Shown here: positions 30,538 through 39,023 of the stretch, piece after piece
How the letters are laid out: every line of letters begins with the position of its first letter
How positions within the stretch are numbered: position 1 is the stretch's first letter
Assembly: GCA_017467085.1 (NCBI GenBank)
Contig: JAFTSW010000053.1
Location: 7,782 to 71,781, forward strand
Source of the DNA: Clostridia bacterium
GTDB taxonomy: Bacteria > Bacillota > Clostridia > Oscillospirales > CAG-272
DNA: 64,000 bases
Reading direction: 5' to 3'
The notes under the pieces: model-generated
What the model saw: only the letters and a program-made list of their open reading frames with translations
What the model was told of the DNA's origin: nothing
Database searches by the model: none
Made by a program: the position numbers and the translations under genes

Positions 30538-32496
30538 TCAAGGCTCGTCAAAACCAACCTTAGCACCGATAAAGGCGAGAATGTTATCTACGGTAAAGAG
30601 GTCCTTGTTCAGAATGAACACGTCAACACAGGTATCGTAGTCCGACTGTATCTTGTTCAAGTCGGCGGCGTTGACCGCTACCGAAACGGTGACGCCGTTG
30701 GCGTCCTTGACATCCTTGGTAAGGTCGCTGTACTTTTCCTCCTGCACGAACAGCATGGGCACCTGTACGGCGTGCTGGACGTATTCGTCCTTGGCGCTGT
30801 CATAGGAGTAGAAATACTGGGTGCGGAACTCAATGTCAAAGCGGCGGGAGAACATCTTAGCGCCGATTCCACCGAAGTTGACGGTTTCCCAAGCCGTAGA
30901 GGAGCCGTTGATATAAAGCATAGCGGGAGTGGTTTCCTCCTCCCCGTTGGCGCCTTCTGTGGTAGTTGCGGGAATGTACTTGATGGAGTTGATGCCGCTA
31001 ATCATATCCAGGTCAAACCAAAGGGTATTATAAGTAGCGGTTTTGCCGAGAATGGTCATTTCCTCTCGCACCTCATAGCCCAAAAGCTTGCCCGTGGCGG
31101 TCTTGTATACCTCGCTGATATAGCCCTTGAAGCCAATCATTCCGTCTGCCTTGTTGCCAACGGCGGTAACGTAGGAGTCGGTGATGTAGAAATCAGCGGC
31201 GCTGGCAACCTCTACGGAGGAAACGGTAAGGTATTCATAAATGTGTCCCGTCACGTCCCCGTTTGCTGCCTGCTGCATAGAGAAATATGCGCGTCTGACG
31301 CCAAGATATTTGATGGCAAACTCATAGCTGTTCGGTGTCATCACATAGGTCAGCGCATTGGCGTCGCCCAGCTGTATGCGCACGGTTTTGGTTCCCGTAG
31401 TAACGTCCATAGCAAGGGCGATTTGCGCCGCTGCCTCGCCAATGACAGGGAAGGTTGCGGTATAATCCAAAACATAATAGAGAATTCTGCCGTCAAAGTC
31501 AACGGTTACGTTGTAAATACCGTTGGCAAAGGCGTGGTGCGCCGTGTCAGCAGGGTTTTTGTCGATGTAGTTGTTGAAAATGGTGATAGAGGAGGAAGCT
31601 ACGGTTTCCACAACCGAAAGCGCATTGAAGAAAACGCTGGACTGGCTGATGTTCTCTAAAACCATATTCCACTGCTCGCCAAAGCCGTGGCTTTCAATAG
31701 CGGAAACGTTCACAAAGCTCGAGTAATCGGGTGAAACGTCCGAGGGAGAAACGAGGTTAGCGGCATAATCGGGACGCATAGCCTCCGGAACGTATTTGTA
31801 GGGGTTCAAGGTGTAGCCGCTCAACAGTGTCCGCAGGTAAGCCACAATATCCACCGTTTCATTCCACGCCGCATAAAAGGTTGTAGGTGCGGTGATGGGC
31901 TTGGAAAAATCGGCAGGGGTTTGCAGAGAAGCATCGGTAAACCAGCCAACAAAACGATGGTTTTTATAAGAAGGCTTTTCGGGACAGGTTGCCAGAGAGC
32001 CGCTTGCCACCGTTTGAGAAGGAACCGCAGAGCCGCCGTTGGAAACGAAGGAAACGGTAAAGGTGGTAGTGGTCGAGTCGCCACCCTCGGTGTTTCCACC
32101 GCCCTGGGTGTTGTCGCCACCCTCGGTGTTTCCGCCGCCCTGGGTATTGTCGCCACCTTCGGTGCTTCCACCGCCCTGGGTGTTGTCGCCACCTTCGGTG
32201 CTACCGCCGCCCTGGGTGCTGTCGCCACCTTCGATGTTTCCACCGCCTTGGGTGCTGTCGCCACCCTCGGTGCTACCACCGCCTTGGGTGCTGTCGCCAC
32301 CCTCGGTGCTGCCACCGCCCTGGGTGTTGTCGCCACCTTCGGTGCTGCCGCCGCCCTGGGTGTCGTTGCCACCCTCGGTGCTGCCGCCGTCCTCGGTGGA
32401 GCCTCCGCCTTCATTTCCGCCGCCTTGACCGCCGTTGCAGGCGATTAAGACGAGGGATAACAGGCATACGAATAAAAGCAATAAGATTTTTTTCAT
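30538..32496 (-). CDS. lipoprotein with a G/S/T/E-rich tandem-repeat linker, a Flg_new repeat and a large uncharacterised C-terminal domain
   Basis: Lipobox MKKILLLLFVCLLSLVLIAC-N. About 11-12 copies of GGSTEGGDNTQ. Canonical Listeria-Bacteroides repeat TFTVSFVSNGGS...HRFVGWFTD...FYAAW. Confidence 0.75.
   Translation of the reverse strand: MKKILLLLFVCLLSLVLIACNGGQGGGNEGGGSTEDGGSTEGGNDTQGGGSTEGGDNTQGGGSTEGGDSTQGGGSTEGGDSTQGGGNIEGGDSTQGGGSTEGGDNTQGGGSTEGGDNTQGGGNTEGGDNTQGGGNTEGGDSTTTTFTVSFVSNGGSAVPSQTVASGSLATCPEKPSYKNHRFVGWFTDASLQTPADFSKPITAPTTFYAAWNETVDIVAYLRTLLSGYTLNPYKYVPEAMRPDYAANLVSPSDVSPDYSSFVNVSAIESHGFGEQWNMVLENISQSSVFFNALSVVETVASSSITIFNNYIDKNPADTAHHAFANGIYNVTVDFDGRILYYVLDYTATFPVIGEAAAQIALAMDVTTGTKTVRIQLGDANALTYVMTPNSYEFAIKYLGVRRAYFSMQQAANGDVTGHIYEYLTVSSVEVASAADFYITDSYVTAVGNKADGMIGFKGYISEVYKTATGKLLGYEVREEMTILGKTATYNTLWFDLDMISGINSIKYIPATTTEGANGEEETTPAMLYINGSSTAWETVNFGGIGAKMFSRRFDIEFRTQYFYSYDSAKDEYVQHAVQVPMLFVQEEKYSDLTKDVKDANGVTVSVAVNAADLNKIQSDYDTCVDVFILNKDLFTVDNILAFIGAKVGFDEP
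32055..32433 (-). repeat. 33-nt tandem repeat array inside the lipoprotein gene
   Basis: Near-identical 33-nt units (ggtggagacaacacccagggcggtggaagcacc-type). They are read in frame as GGSTEGGD(N/S)TQ and give PPSV(L/F)PPPWVLS in the antisense shadow ORF. Confidence 0.85.
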
Positions 32497-32521
32497 TGTT
32501 TTTGCTCCTTTTTATAGTTTA

Positions 32522-32932
32522 TTAGTCTAAGGGGTCCTTGAAGCTTTCGTAAAGCGCAAAGGGATACACGAATACAGAGCAGACCATACCGAGCGCAATT
32601 GCCAACGCGCCGAACAAAAGGCTGATGAGCGTGCTGATAATCCAAAACAGGACCTTTACGCCGATGAGGAACAGACATCCGTCAAGGCTCAGCTCAAAAA
32701 TGATACCGGGCATACGGACGAAGCCCCACCTGAATACCGTTGCGACCATTCCACCCACAAAATTGTTGCACAGAATGATGCAGGAAATCAGGGTGAACAG
32801 CAAAATGCCTGCCACAATGAAGAAGAGAATGTTAGAAAAATCCTGGGTGTTTACGCCTACGGCGATGCCGATGCCAATGGAAAGGGCGCAGGCAAGCCCA
32901 CCCCAAACAAAAGAATGCGTTCTTAATGACAT
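32522..32932 (-). CDS. small integral membrane protein (hypothetical)
   Basis: 136 aa, four hydrophobic helices. Divergent from an XRE HTH gene. Confidence 0.6.
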   Translation of the reverse strand: MSLRTHSFVWGGLACALSIGIGIAVGVNTQDFSNILFFIVAGILLFTLISCIILCNNFVGGMVATVFRWGFVRMPGIIFELSLDGCLFLIGVKVLFWIISTLISLLFGALAIALGMVCSVFVYPFALYESFKDPLD

Positions 32933-33068
32933 AGTGGAAAACTCCTTTGGAAAAATAAGATTGCACCACTATTATACACCCATAGGTGATAAAAGTCAAC
33001 CTATAAGTGATTAAAAAATAAACCCATAGGCGATATAATCAAGGTATAAAAGGGTGAGAGGTGTTGCT

Positions 33069-33383
33069 ATGGGTGATGAGAAGCTATTAAAGGAAATGGG
33101 TGTACGCATTGGGGAAAGACGGCGAGAGCTGCATTTTACCCAAGAGCTTCTGGCAGAGAAAATGGACGTTTCCGTCCAGATGATTTCTAATCTGGAGCTG
33201 GGCAAAAAAGCAATTCGCCCCGAAAATTTGATTAAGCTCTGCGACGTGCTTGGCGTCAGCGCCGACTATATTTTGCGTGGCAACCGCTCGGACGGAGAGC
33301 TACACAGCTTTATGGAAGCGTTTTCTGCTTTATCCTACGAGAAGCAAAGATTGCTCGAAAGTATCGTTGATACCTGGAAATAA
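33069..33383 (+). CDS. XRE-family HTH transcriptional regulator
   Basis: ATG at 33069 behind GAGAGGTG. HTH_3 motif LHFTQELLAEKMDVSVQMISNLELGKKAIRPENL. TATAAT at 33033-33038. Confidence 0.8.
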   Translation: MGDEKLLKEMGVRIGERRRELHFTQELLAEKMDVSVQMISNLELGKKAIRPENLIKLCDVLGVSADYILRGNRSDGELHSFMEAFSALSYEKQRLLESIVDTWK

Positions 33384-33401
33384 AAAAGCCCCAAAGGGGC
33401 A

Positions 33402-33426
33402 AAAAAGCAGCCTTTCGGCTGCTTTT
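33402..33426 (+). terminator. rho-independent terminator
   Basis: aaaaagcagcc tttc ggctgcttttt, directly after the HTH gene. Confidence 0.7.
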
Positions 33427-33433
33427 TATAGAG

Positions 33434-33461
33434 AAGGGGCTGTCCGCTTGGACAGCCCCTT
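33434..33461 (-). terminator. stem-loop terminator for the nagA/ROK operon
   Basis: aaggggctgtcc gctt ggacagcccctt, 8 nt beyond the stop at 33469. Confidence 0.6.
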
Positions 33462-33468
33462 TGGGTTT

Positions 33469-34860
33469 TTAGTTGATTTTGGGAAGGCTTGCGGCAGCCA
33501 CAGACTGACCGACGCGGCGGCTCTTCTCATCGGGAAGAGCGATGCTGATTTTCTCTGCCAGCTCGGGGAACTCGGCGGCAAGCGCCTTCTTGGCGAAATC
33601 GAGAACGATGTTTCCACCCTCACCGGAGGAAACTCTGCCCAGAAGCAGCACGTGCTTGATATCGTAGAACATAGCGTAGTATGCAACGGCATAGCCGAAG
33701 TAAACGCCGATGGTTTCGTAAATCTTGCGGGCGCCCTCGTGACCCTCCAGCATCAGACCCTGCACAACCTTCAGCTTTTCAGCGGGGCTGAGAGCGGGGT
33801 CAAGCTCGATGCCTGCGGCAGGAGCCAGCTTGATAACGGAATCCTGGGAGAAATACTTAACGCCGCAGCCGTAGTCGCCAGACCACTCGTCTACCATAGC
33901 GTTCTTGTTGAAGTCAACGGGAACGAAGGCAAGCTCGTTGAGCCAGCCGGTGATGTTGCCAGCCATATCCACGTAGCCGCCTGCTTCGCTGGTACCCATA
34001 GCGATACCGAGAATGCCGTTGTCCTCCAAGGACATAGCACCTGCCAGCGCCGTTACGTCACCGTCATTGGCAACCTCAACGGGGATTTCGCAGCCAAGCT
34101 CACGGCCCAGCTCTGCGGCAACGTCGAGATACATGTTCTTAACGTGCTTTTCAAAATCCTCATCGGAAACCTTCAGGAAGAGGGAGGCAATCATAATCTT
34201 GTTGTCTACGTAAACGCCTGCGGAGGAAACACCGATGCCGTCTACACGGGGCATATGGGAAGCCGCCGTCTTCATAGCGTCTAAAATTCCCTCGTAGTGG
34301 TACTTGGGGTCGGAGTTGGTCTTAGGGAACCAAACAACCTCCTCGGAGTACACAGGCTCGCCGTCAATAACGGCGCTGACCTTACGGTCGCTTCCGCCTG
34401 CGTCAAAGCCGATGCGGCAGCCTGCCAGGTGTCTGCCAACGGGCTCAGCCGCCTCGTTCTCGGCAGGGGCGTTCTCCAAGGAAACCACGGAAACCTCGAA
34501 GGGACGCTCGTACACTCTTGCCATAAAGCCACGGTCAAACTCACGCAGACCGCCGAAATCGTACGCCGCCTTGATTTTGTTGCCAATCACGTCGGAGCCC
34601 GCGATAATAACCTTGTAGCCGCCGCGTACCCACAGAAGGGACTTGACAACACGCTCCACAACGTCGAAGTTCTCGTCGTCGTGACCCGTGCCATCGGCAA
34701 ATACGGTCATTTCGTAGGTGGAAATATAGCCCTTGTTTCTCTCAATTCCAATTACAATCTTTTGGCCGCCCTCTTTCTTGGCTCTTGCGTCAAAGTCCTT
34801 CAGAACCAGCGCCATAGGCGTATAACCAAGGTCAAGGGGTGCAATCGTCTTAAGCTTCAT
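33469..34860 (-). CDS. ROK/ASKHA-type sugar kinase-like protein with an N-terminal extension of about 130 aa
   Basis: 463 aa. Phosphate-1 motif IGFDAGGSDRKV, GVSSAG and GTSEAGG motifs. No ROK zinc CxCGxxGC motif. Start overlaps the nagA stop by 11 nt. Confidence 0.7.
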   Translation of the reverse strand: MKLKTIAPLDLGYTPMALVLKDFDARAKKEGGQKIVIGIERNKGYISTYEMTVFADGTGHDDENFDVVERVVKSLLWVRGGYKVIIAGSDVIGNKIKAAYDFGGLREFDRGFMARVYERPFEVSVVSLENAPAENEAAEPVGRHLAGCRIGFDAGGSDRKVSAVIDGEPVYSEEVVWFPKTNSDPKYHYEGILDAMKTAASHMPRVDGIGVSSAGVYVDNKIMIASLFLKVSDEDFEKHVKNMYLDVAAELGRELGCEIPVEVANDGDVTALAGAMSLEDNGILGIAMGTSEAGGYVDMAGNITGWLNELAFVPVDFNKNAMVDEWSGDYGCGVKYFSQDSVIKLAPAAGIELDPALSPAEKLKVVQGLMLEGHEGARKIYETIGVYFGYAVAYYAMFYDIKHVLLLGRVSSGEGGNIVLDFAKKALAAEFPELAEKISIALPDEKSRRVGQSVAAASLPKIN

Positions 34861-35995
34861 AAATCGTGTTACCTCTCTTTATTGTTCTCTTGATATTGAA
34901 TACTTCGTCCGCAATGATAATGTCGGCGTCATAGCCTGCCAAAAGGGCGCCCTTGCCCTCTGCCTTGATGGCGCGGGCGGGGTTGTAGCTTGCTGCCGCA
35001 ACCACCTCGGGAACGCTCAAATCCGTGTTTGCCAGCACGTTACGCACGGCAACGTTCAGCTTGAGGACGGAGCCCGCAATAGTGCCGTCAGCCAGGCGGC
35101 ACTCGATGCCCTTCAGGAAGATGGGCTGACCGCCAAGGTCATACTCGCCGTCGGGCATACCGCCAGCTCTGGTGCAGTCGGTGATAAGGCAAAGCTTGCC
35201 CGGCTTCTGCTTGGCGATAATGGAGAATACACCGGGATGGATATGGAAGGTGTCGCAAATCAGCTCAACGGTAACGTCGGTGGACAGGGCAGCGCCCACA
35301 ACACCGGGGTCACGGTGCGCCAACGCCGTCATAGCGTTAAAGAGGTGCGTTGCGTGACCAACGCCGTCCTTTACAGCGGAAACGGCTTCCTCAAAGCCTG
35401 CGCCCGTGTGTCCCATAGAAATGAGAATGCCCGTCTTTTCGGCAGCCTCCTTAATGGCGGCGTGCCCCTCGTCCATTTCGGGCGCCAGGGTGACGATGCG
35501 GATGATATCCTGGTTATCGATAAGGAACTGAGCATTGGGCTTCTGAATGTTTTCTTCCTTTTGCGCGCCCTTCTTGGAGGGGTTGATGAAGGGACCCTCG
35601 GCGTGCACACCGAGAATTTCGGCGCCGCCCCAGGTCTTGGACTCCTCCTTCAAGGAACGGACGGCGTTCAGCGCGGCGTCAATTTCTGCCTGGGATACGG
35701 TCATCGTGGTGGGCAGGAAGCTGGTAACGCCGTTTTCAGCCACGCCGTACGCCATCTTTCGGATGCCCTCGGGCTTGGCGTCGGAGGTGTCCTCGTTGAG
35801 ATATCCGTGAATATGGATATCCACAAGGCCGGGCGCTATGTAATTGCCTTCCGCATCGATGACGGCCGCATCGGCGGGAACGGACTCAACAAGACCGACA
35901 ATCTTTCCGCTTTCGCTGTCAAAGGCAAGCGCTTTGCCCTCAACAACCGAATCGGGAAGGACGATTTTACCGTTGGTAATGTATGTCAATGCCAT
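34850..35995 (-). CDS. nagA: N-acetylglucosamine-6-phosphate deacetylase
   Basis: 381 aa. APGLVDIHIHGY metal motif, HAEGPFI, SMGHT, ATHLFNAM, LITDC amidohydrolase signature blocks. Confidence 0.85.
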   Translation of the reverse strand: MALTYITNGKIVLPDSVVEGKALAFDSESGKIVGLVESVPADAAVIDAEGNYIAPGLVDIHIHGYLNEDTSDAKPEGIRKMAYGVAENGVTSFLPTTMTVSQAEIDAALNAVRSLKEESKTWGGAEILGVHAEGPFINPSKKGAQKEENIQKPNAQFLIDNQDIIRIVTLAPEMDEGHAAIKEAAEKTGILISMGHTGAGFEEAVSAVKDGVGHATHLFNAMTALAHRDPGVVGAALSTDVTVELICDTFHIHPGVFSIIAKQKPGKLCLITDCTRAGGMPDGEYDLGGQPIFLKGIECRLADGTIAGSVLKLNVAVRNVLANTDLSVPEVVAAASYNPARAIKAEGKGALLAGYDADIIIADEVFNIKRTIKRGNTIYEA

Positions 35996-36162
35996 AGTAA
36001 AATAACTCCTTTTTTTCTAAATTTTTTGTCATTATAAGTATAACAAACCAAGCCTCGTTTGTTGTGAATTTTCTGTGAATTTTAAGGGCAACTGCTTTAT
36101 TTTTTATGCCTTTCGTGGTAGCATAATTTCAGTATAACCAGCGAAAAAGAATGGAGATTGCT

Positions 36163-36981
36163 ATGTATATTGTTAGCGCGGCTATGGAGAAGGGCGAAGC
36201 GAGAGCTGCCCTGTATGACGGGGCGTATACGCTGCTTGTGAAAAAAGAGGGCAAGGACCTTGCGAAGCTTTCGAAGGAGCTGCTTGCCGAAGGAGGCGTT
36301 GACGCCTCTGCCGTTGCCTACGTTGGCGCTGCTACGGATAATGCCGAGGGCTCTCCCGAATGCTTTGCGGCAGAGCTTGAAAAGAAAATCGGTATCAAGT
36401 GCTACGGCACCTCCCTGATGAGCGCCAAGGCGTTAGGCGAAGCATACCTGGCAAATGACGTTGGCGGCTTGGTGCTGCTGGAGATTGACGACTTCGTCAA
36501 GAGCGGTATCGTTATTGACAAGAAGGTATATGCAGGCGTCGCGCAGTTAGGCGGCAAACTGGGGCATTTGACCGTGCAGCACGGTGGCTATCCCTGCGCC
36601 TGCGGCAGAACAGGCTGCTTTGAGGCATATGCCGCCAACAGCGGCGTAAAGCGCATTGCCAAGGATGCGGGCGTAAAGGAGGCTGACTCCTTGACGGTGA
36701 CGGAGCTTTTTACCCTGAATACCCCCGAGGCGGAAAAGGCGAAGAAGGTGTATACCGACTATCTTGCCTGCGCCATTACCAACGTTATCAACCTGTTCCA
36801 GCCTAACGAGCTGGTGTTGGACGGTCCCTTCACCCAGGTGGGAGATGCTTTGATGAAGCCGATGATGGAGTTCGTTCTCCGTGAGCAGTACACCCGTAGC
36901 TCTCCCGATAAATGCGCCGTCCGATTCCCCAACAAGGAAGAGGACACCGCGCTTCTCGGCGCCGCCCTTTTGGGAAGATAA
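36163..36981 (+). CDS. ROK-family protein with a degenerate ATP-binding N-terminus
   Basis: ROK zinc motif CACGRTGCFEAY is present. The N-terminus reads MYIVSAAMEKGEARAAL instead of the usual DxGGT phosphate-1 loop. ATG at 36163 behind GGAGA. Confidence 0.7.
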   Translation: MYIVSAAMEKGEARAALYDGAYTLLVKKEGKDLAKLSKELLAEGGVDASAVAYVGAATDNAEGSPECFAAELEKKIGIKCYGTSLMSAKALGEAYLANDVGGLVLLEIDDFVKSGIVIDKKVYAGVAQLGGKLGHLTVQHGGYPCACGRTGCFEAYAANSGVKRIAKDAGVKEADSLTVTELFTLNTPEAEKAKKVYTDYLACAITNVINLFQPNELVLDGPFTQVGDALMKPMMEFVLREQYTRSSPDKCAVRFPNKEEDTALLGAALLGR

Positions 36982-37062
36982 ATGGCGTGCGCCAAAGGCG
37001 CAACGCATTTCATTCAAAAAGGAACAGACAAAAGTCTGTTCCTTTTTTATTTGTATAGGATA

Positions 37063-37569
37063 TCAGCCGCGAATGACCGAAACAAGCAGGCAGATATTTA
37101 CAATAGCCAGGACAATGGGAATTAACCATATCAGAAATCCTAAAGATGACAAAGCAAAGATGGAAAGGATATACGTTATAAAGGCGGAGCCGAAGAAGTT
37201 TTCGAAGAAGCCGCCTGATATGGTTTTGCTCAAATCGATGCTGTCCTTGGATATGGAAAGCGTATAGCTTCCGTCCCAATACGTGTCAAACACCTCTGCG
37301 CTCATTGAGAAGAGATAAGAAAAAGTATACAGAACAGCGAGGTAAATCGCATATTCAAATACAATACCCGGCTCCGCATCTTTGGCGTTAGGAAGAATGA
37401 GCCCGACAACGAAGGAACCAATGGCAACCAGAATCCCCGCGATTCTGCTATATAGGGGATGGTGGAAAACCGCTATAATGAGCTTCACGAGAAGAACGAC
37501 CAATATTATTCCTACAATGGCGACTATCCACGCAACCGGCAACGGTAAACTAGAAAGGAATTCTCTCAT
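37063..37569 (-). CDS. small integral membrane protein (hypothetical)
   Basis: Start MREFLSSLPLPVAWIVAIVG at 37569. 4-5 hydrophobic helices. AT-rich codon usage. Confidence 0.6.
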   Translation of the reverse strand: MREFLSSLPLPVAWIVAIVGIILVVLLVKLIIAVFHHPLYSRIAGILVAIGSFVVGLILPNAKDAEPGIVFEYAIYLAVLYTFSYLFSMSAEVFDTYWDGSYTLSISKDSIDLSKTISGGFFENFFGSAFITYILSIFALSSLGFLIWLIPIVLAIVNICLLVSVIRG

Positions 37570-37694
37570 TTTATAGCTCCTATCGTCTGTTATTTTTGTT
37601 TGCGCATATATTGTAACACAAATGTGTTCAATTGTCAACATATGTATTCAATAAAAACAGGCAGAAACAGTACAATATTCTTGAGGTGATGAGT

Positions 37695-37949
37695 ATGCTG
37701 CAAGAATATCTGGATTCTGTAATCGTTGGCGAATCTATCGCATATTTCCGTCGGAAGAAAAATGCGTCGCAAGAGGTTTTAAGCGGACTTGCCGATATCG
37801 GCAGAACGCATCTGAGCGCCATAGAACGAGGCACGCGCAAGCCGACGTTGGAAACGCTTTACCGTATTAGCTGCGCTTTGAACGTGAAAATGAGTGAGAT
37901 TGTGACGGATATTGAAAAGCGGCTTGAGGAAGCCAAGGACCGCAGATAG
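37695..37949 (+). CDS. XRE-family HTH transcriptional regulator
   Basis: ATG behind GAGGTG. HTH_3 motif ASQEVLSGLADIGRTHLSAIERGTRKPTLETL. Confidence 0.75.
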   Translation: MLQEYLDSVIVGESIAYFRRKKNASQEVLSGLADIGRTHLSAIERGTRKPTLETLYRISCALNVKMSEIVTDIEKRLEEAKDRR

Positions 37950-38050
37950 TGTGTTATCTTCGTGGCACATATAGTGGGGCTTGTCGGGTAAGAGGGCTTT
38001 TCAAGGCTTCCAAGGAAGCCTGCAAGCTAAGCGATTACAAATAAAGAGAT

Positions 38051-38097
38051 AAAAAAGCAGACACACAAGAGAAAAATCTTGTATGTCTGCTTTTTTT
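38051..38097. terminator. bidirectional rho-independent terminator
   Basis: aaaaaagcagacacacaaga gaaaaa tcttgtatgtctgcttttttt, between convergent HTH and AraC genes. Overlaps the AraC stop codon. Confidence 0.65.
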
Positions 38098-38884
38098 ACG
38101 GATTGTCGGAGGGGGCGTGGCCGAAAAAGGCGGTGTAATTCCGATAAAAGGTGGTGTAGTCCCCGAAGCCGCAGCTTCGGCAGACCGAGGAAGCCTTTTC
38201 CCCTGAAAGAAGCCTTTTTTGTGCCAGCAAAAGCCGCTTTTCCAGAATGTATTTTTTTGGCGTTTGGTGCAGCTCCTGTCTGAACAGCCGAAACAGGTAG
38301 CTTTCGCTGATAAACAGGTGCGCGGCGATTTCCTTGATGCCAGACACGGTAGAAAGGTTCTCGTTGGTGTATTTCAGCGCCTCCGAAATCAAGGGGGAGA
38401 GGGGCGTGGTTCTTGGGGAGGTGGGCTGAGGAAACAGAGAGATATAATAAAACAGCTCCGACAAAAGATGAGGGAGAATTTTTTCAAAGGTTTTGCTGTC
38501 GCTGCTCTGGCGGTATAGGTCGCACCGCTGGAATATGCTGTCCGCAATACCGTTTTCCGCAAGGCTGAGAACCTCTATGTCCTCACCGAGTCTGTCAATC
38601 CCCTCTACTCCGTGACGCTCGGGGTCAAAGAGGATACCGTAGCGCTCGTATCTGGCAGGGGCATCAATTTGGATAAAATGGTATTGGTAGGGGCGTATCA
38701 GAATGAGGTCGCCTCTTTTGAGCTTGTATTTTCTGTCCTCAATCACGTGGGTGGCGTCCCCGTCCAAAAAATACAGCAGCTCGTAAAGGTTGTGGGTATG
38801 GGCGGAATAGGTGTTACAGGGCAGGTTTTCGGAAACCTCGTGCTTGAAAAAGATTTTCTCGCTTGTCAGGATATAATCGTTCAT
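38096..38884 (-). CDS. AraC-family transcriptional regulator (cupin sensor + HTH)
   Basis: N-terminal cupin (HTHNLYELLYFLDGD). C-terminal double HTH (IKEIAAHLFISESYLFRLFRQ ... SVCRSCGFGDYTTFYRNY). Confidence 0.85.
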   Translation of the reverse strand: MNDYILTSEKIFFKHEVSENLPCNTYSAHTHNLYELLYFLDGDATHVIEDRKYKLKRGDLILIRPYQYHFIQIDAPARYERYGILFDPERHGVEGIDRLGEDIEVLSLAENGIADSIFQRCDLYRQSSDSKTFEKILPHLLSELFYYISLFPQPTSPRTTPLSPLISEALKYTNENLSTVSGIKEIAAHLFISESYLFRLFRQELHQTPKKYILEKRLLLAQKRLLSGEKASSVCRSCGFGDYTTFYRNYTAFFGHAPSDNP

Positions 38885-39023
38885 ACCGTTCCCCCTCTTT
38901 TCGTTGTTTCTATTTTATCATACTTGTTCATTTTTTGCAATATAAAATACAGGTTTTGCTATTTACTTTTCAAAAACCTTTTTGCATAATAAAGATAGAA
39001 AATCCCCAAAAGGAGAGGTGCTT

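Noticed and set aside
32039-32448. The tandem 33-nt repeat considered as a CRISPR array, or as real Pro-rich ORFs (PPSVLPPPWVLS repeats) on the plus strand.
   Set aside because: The units are contiguous, with no unique spacers. They sit in frame inside a lipoprotein gene that has a lipobox and downstream domains. No cas genes are present.
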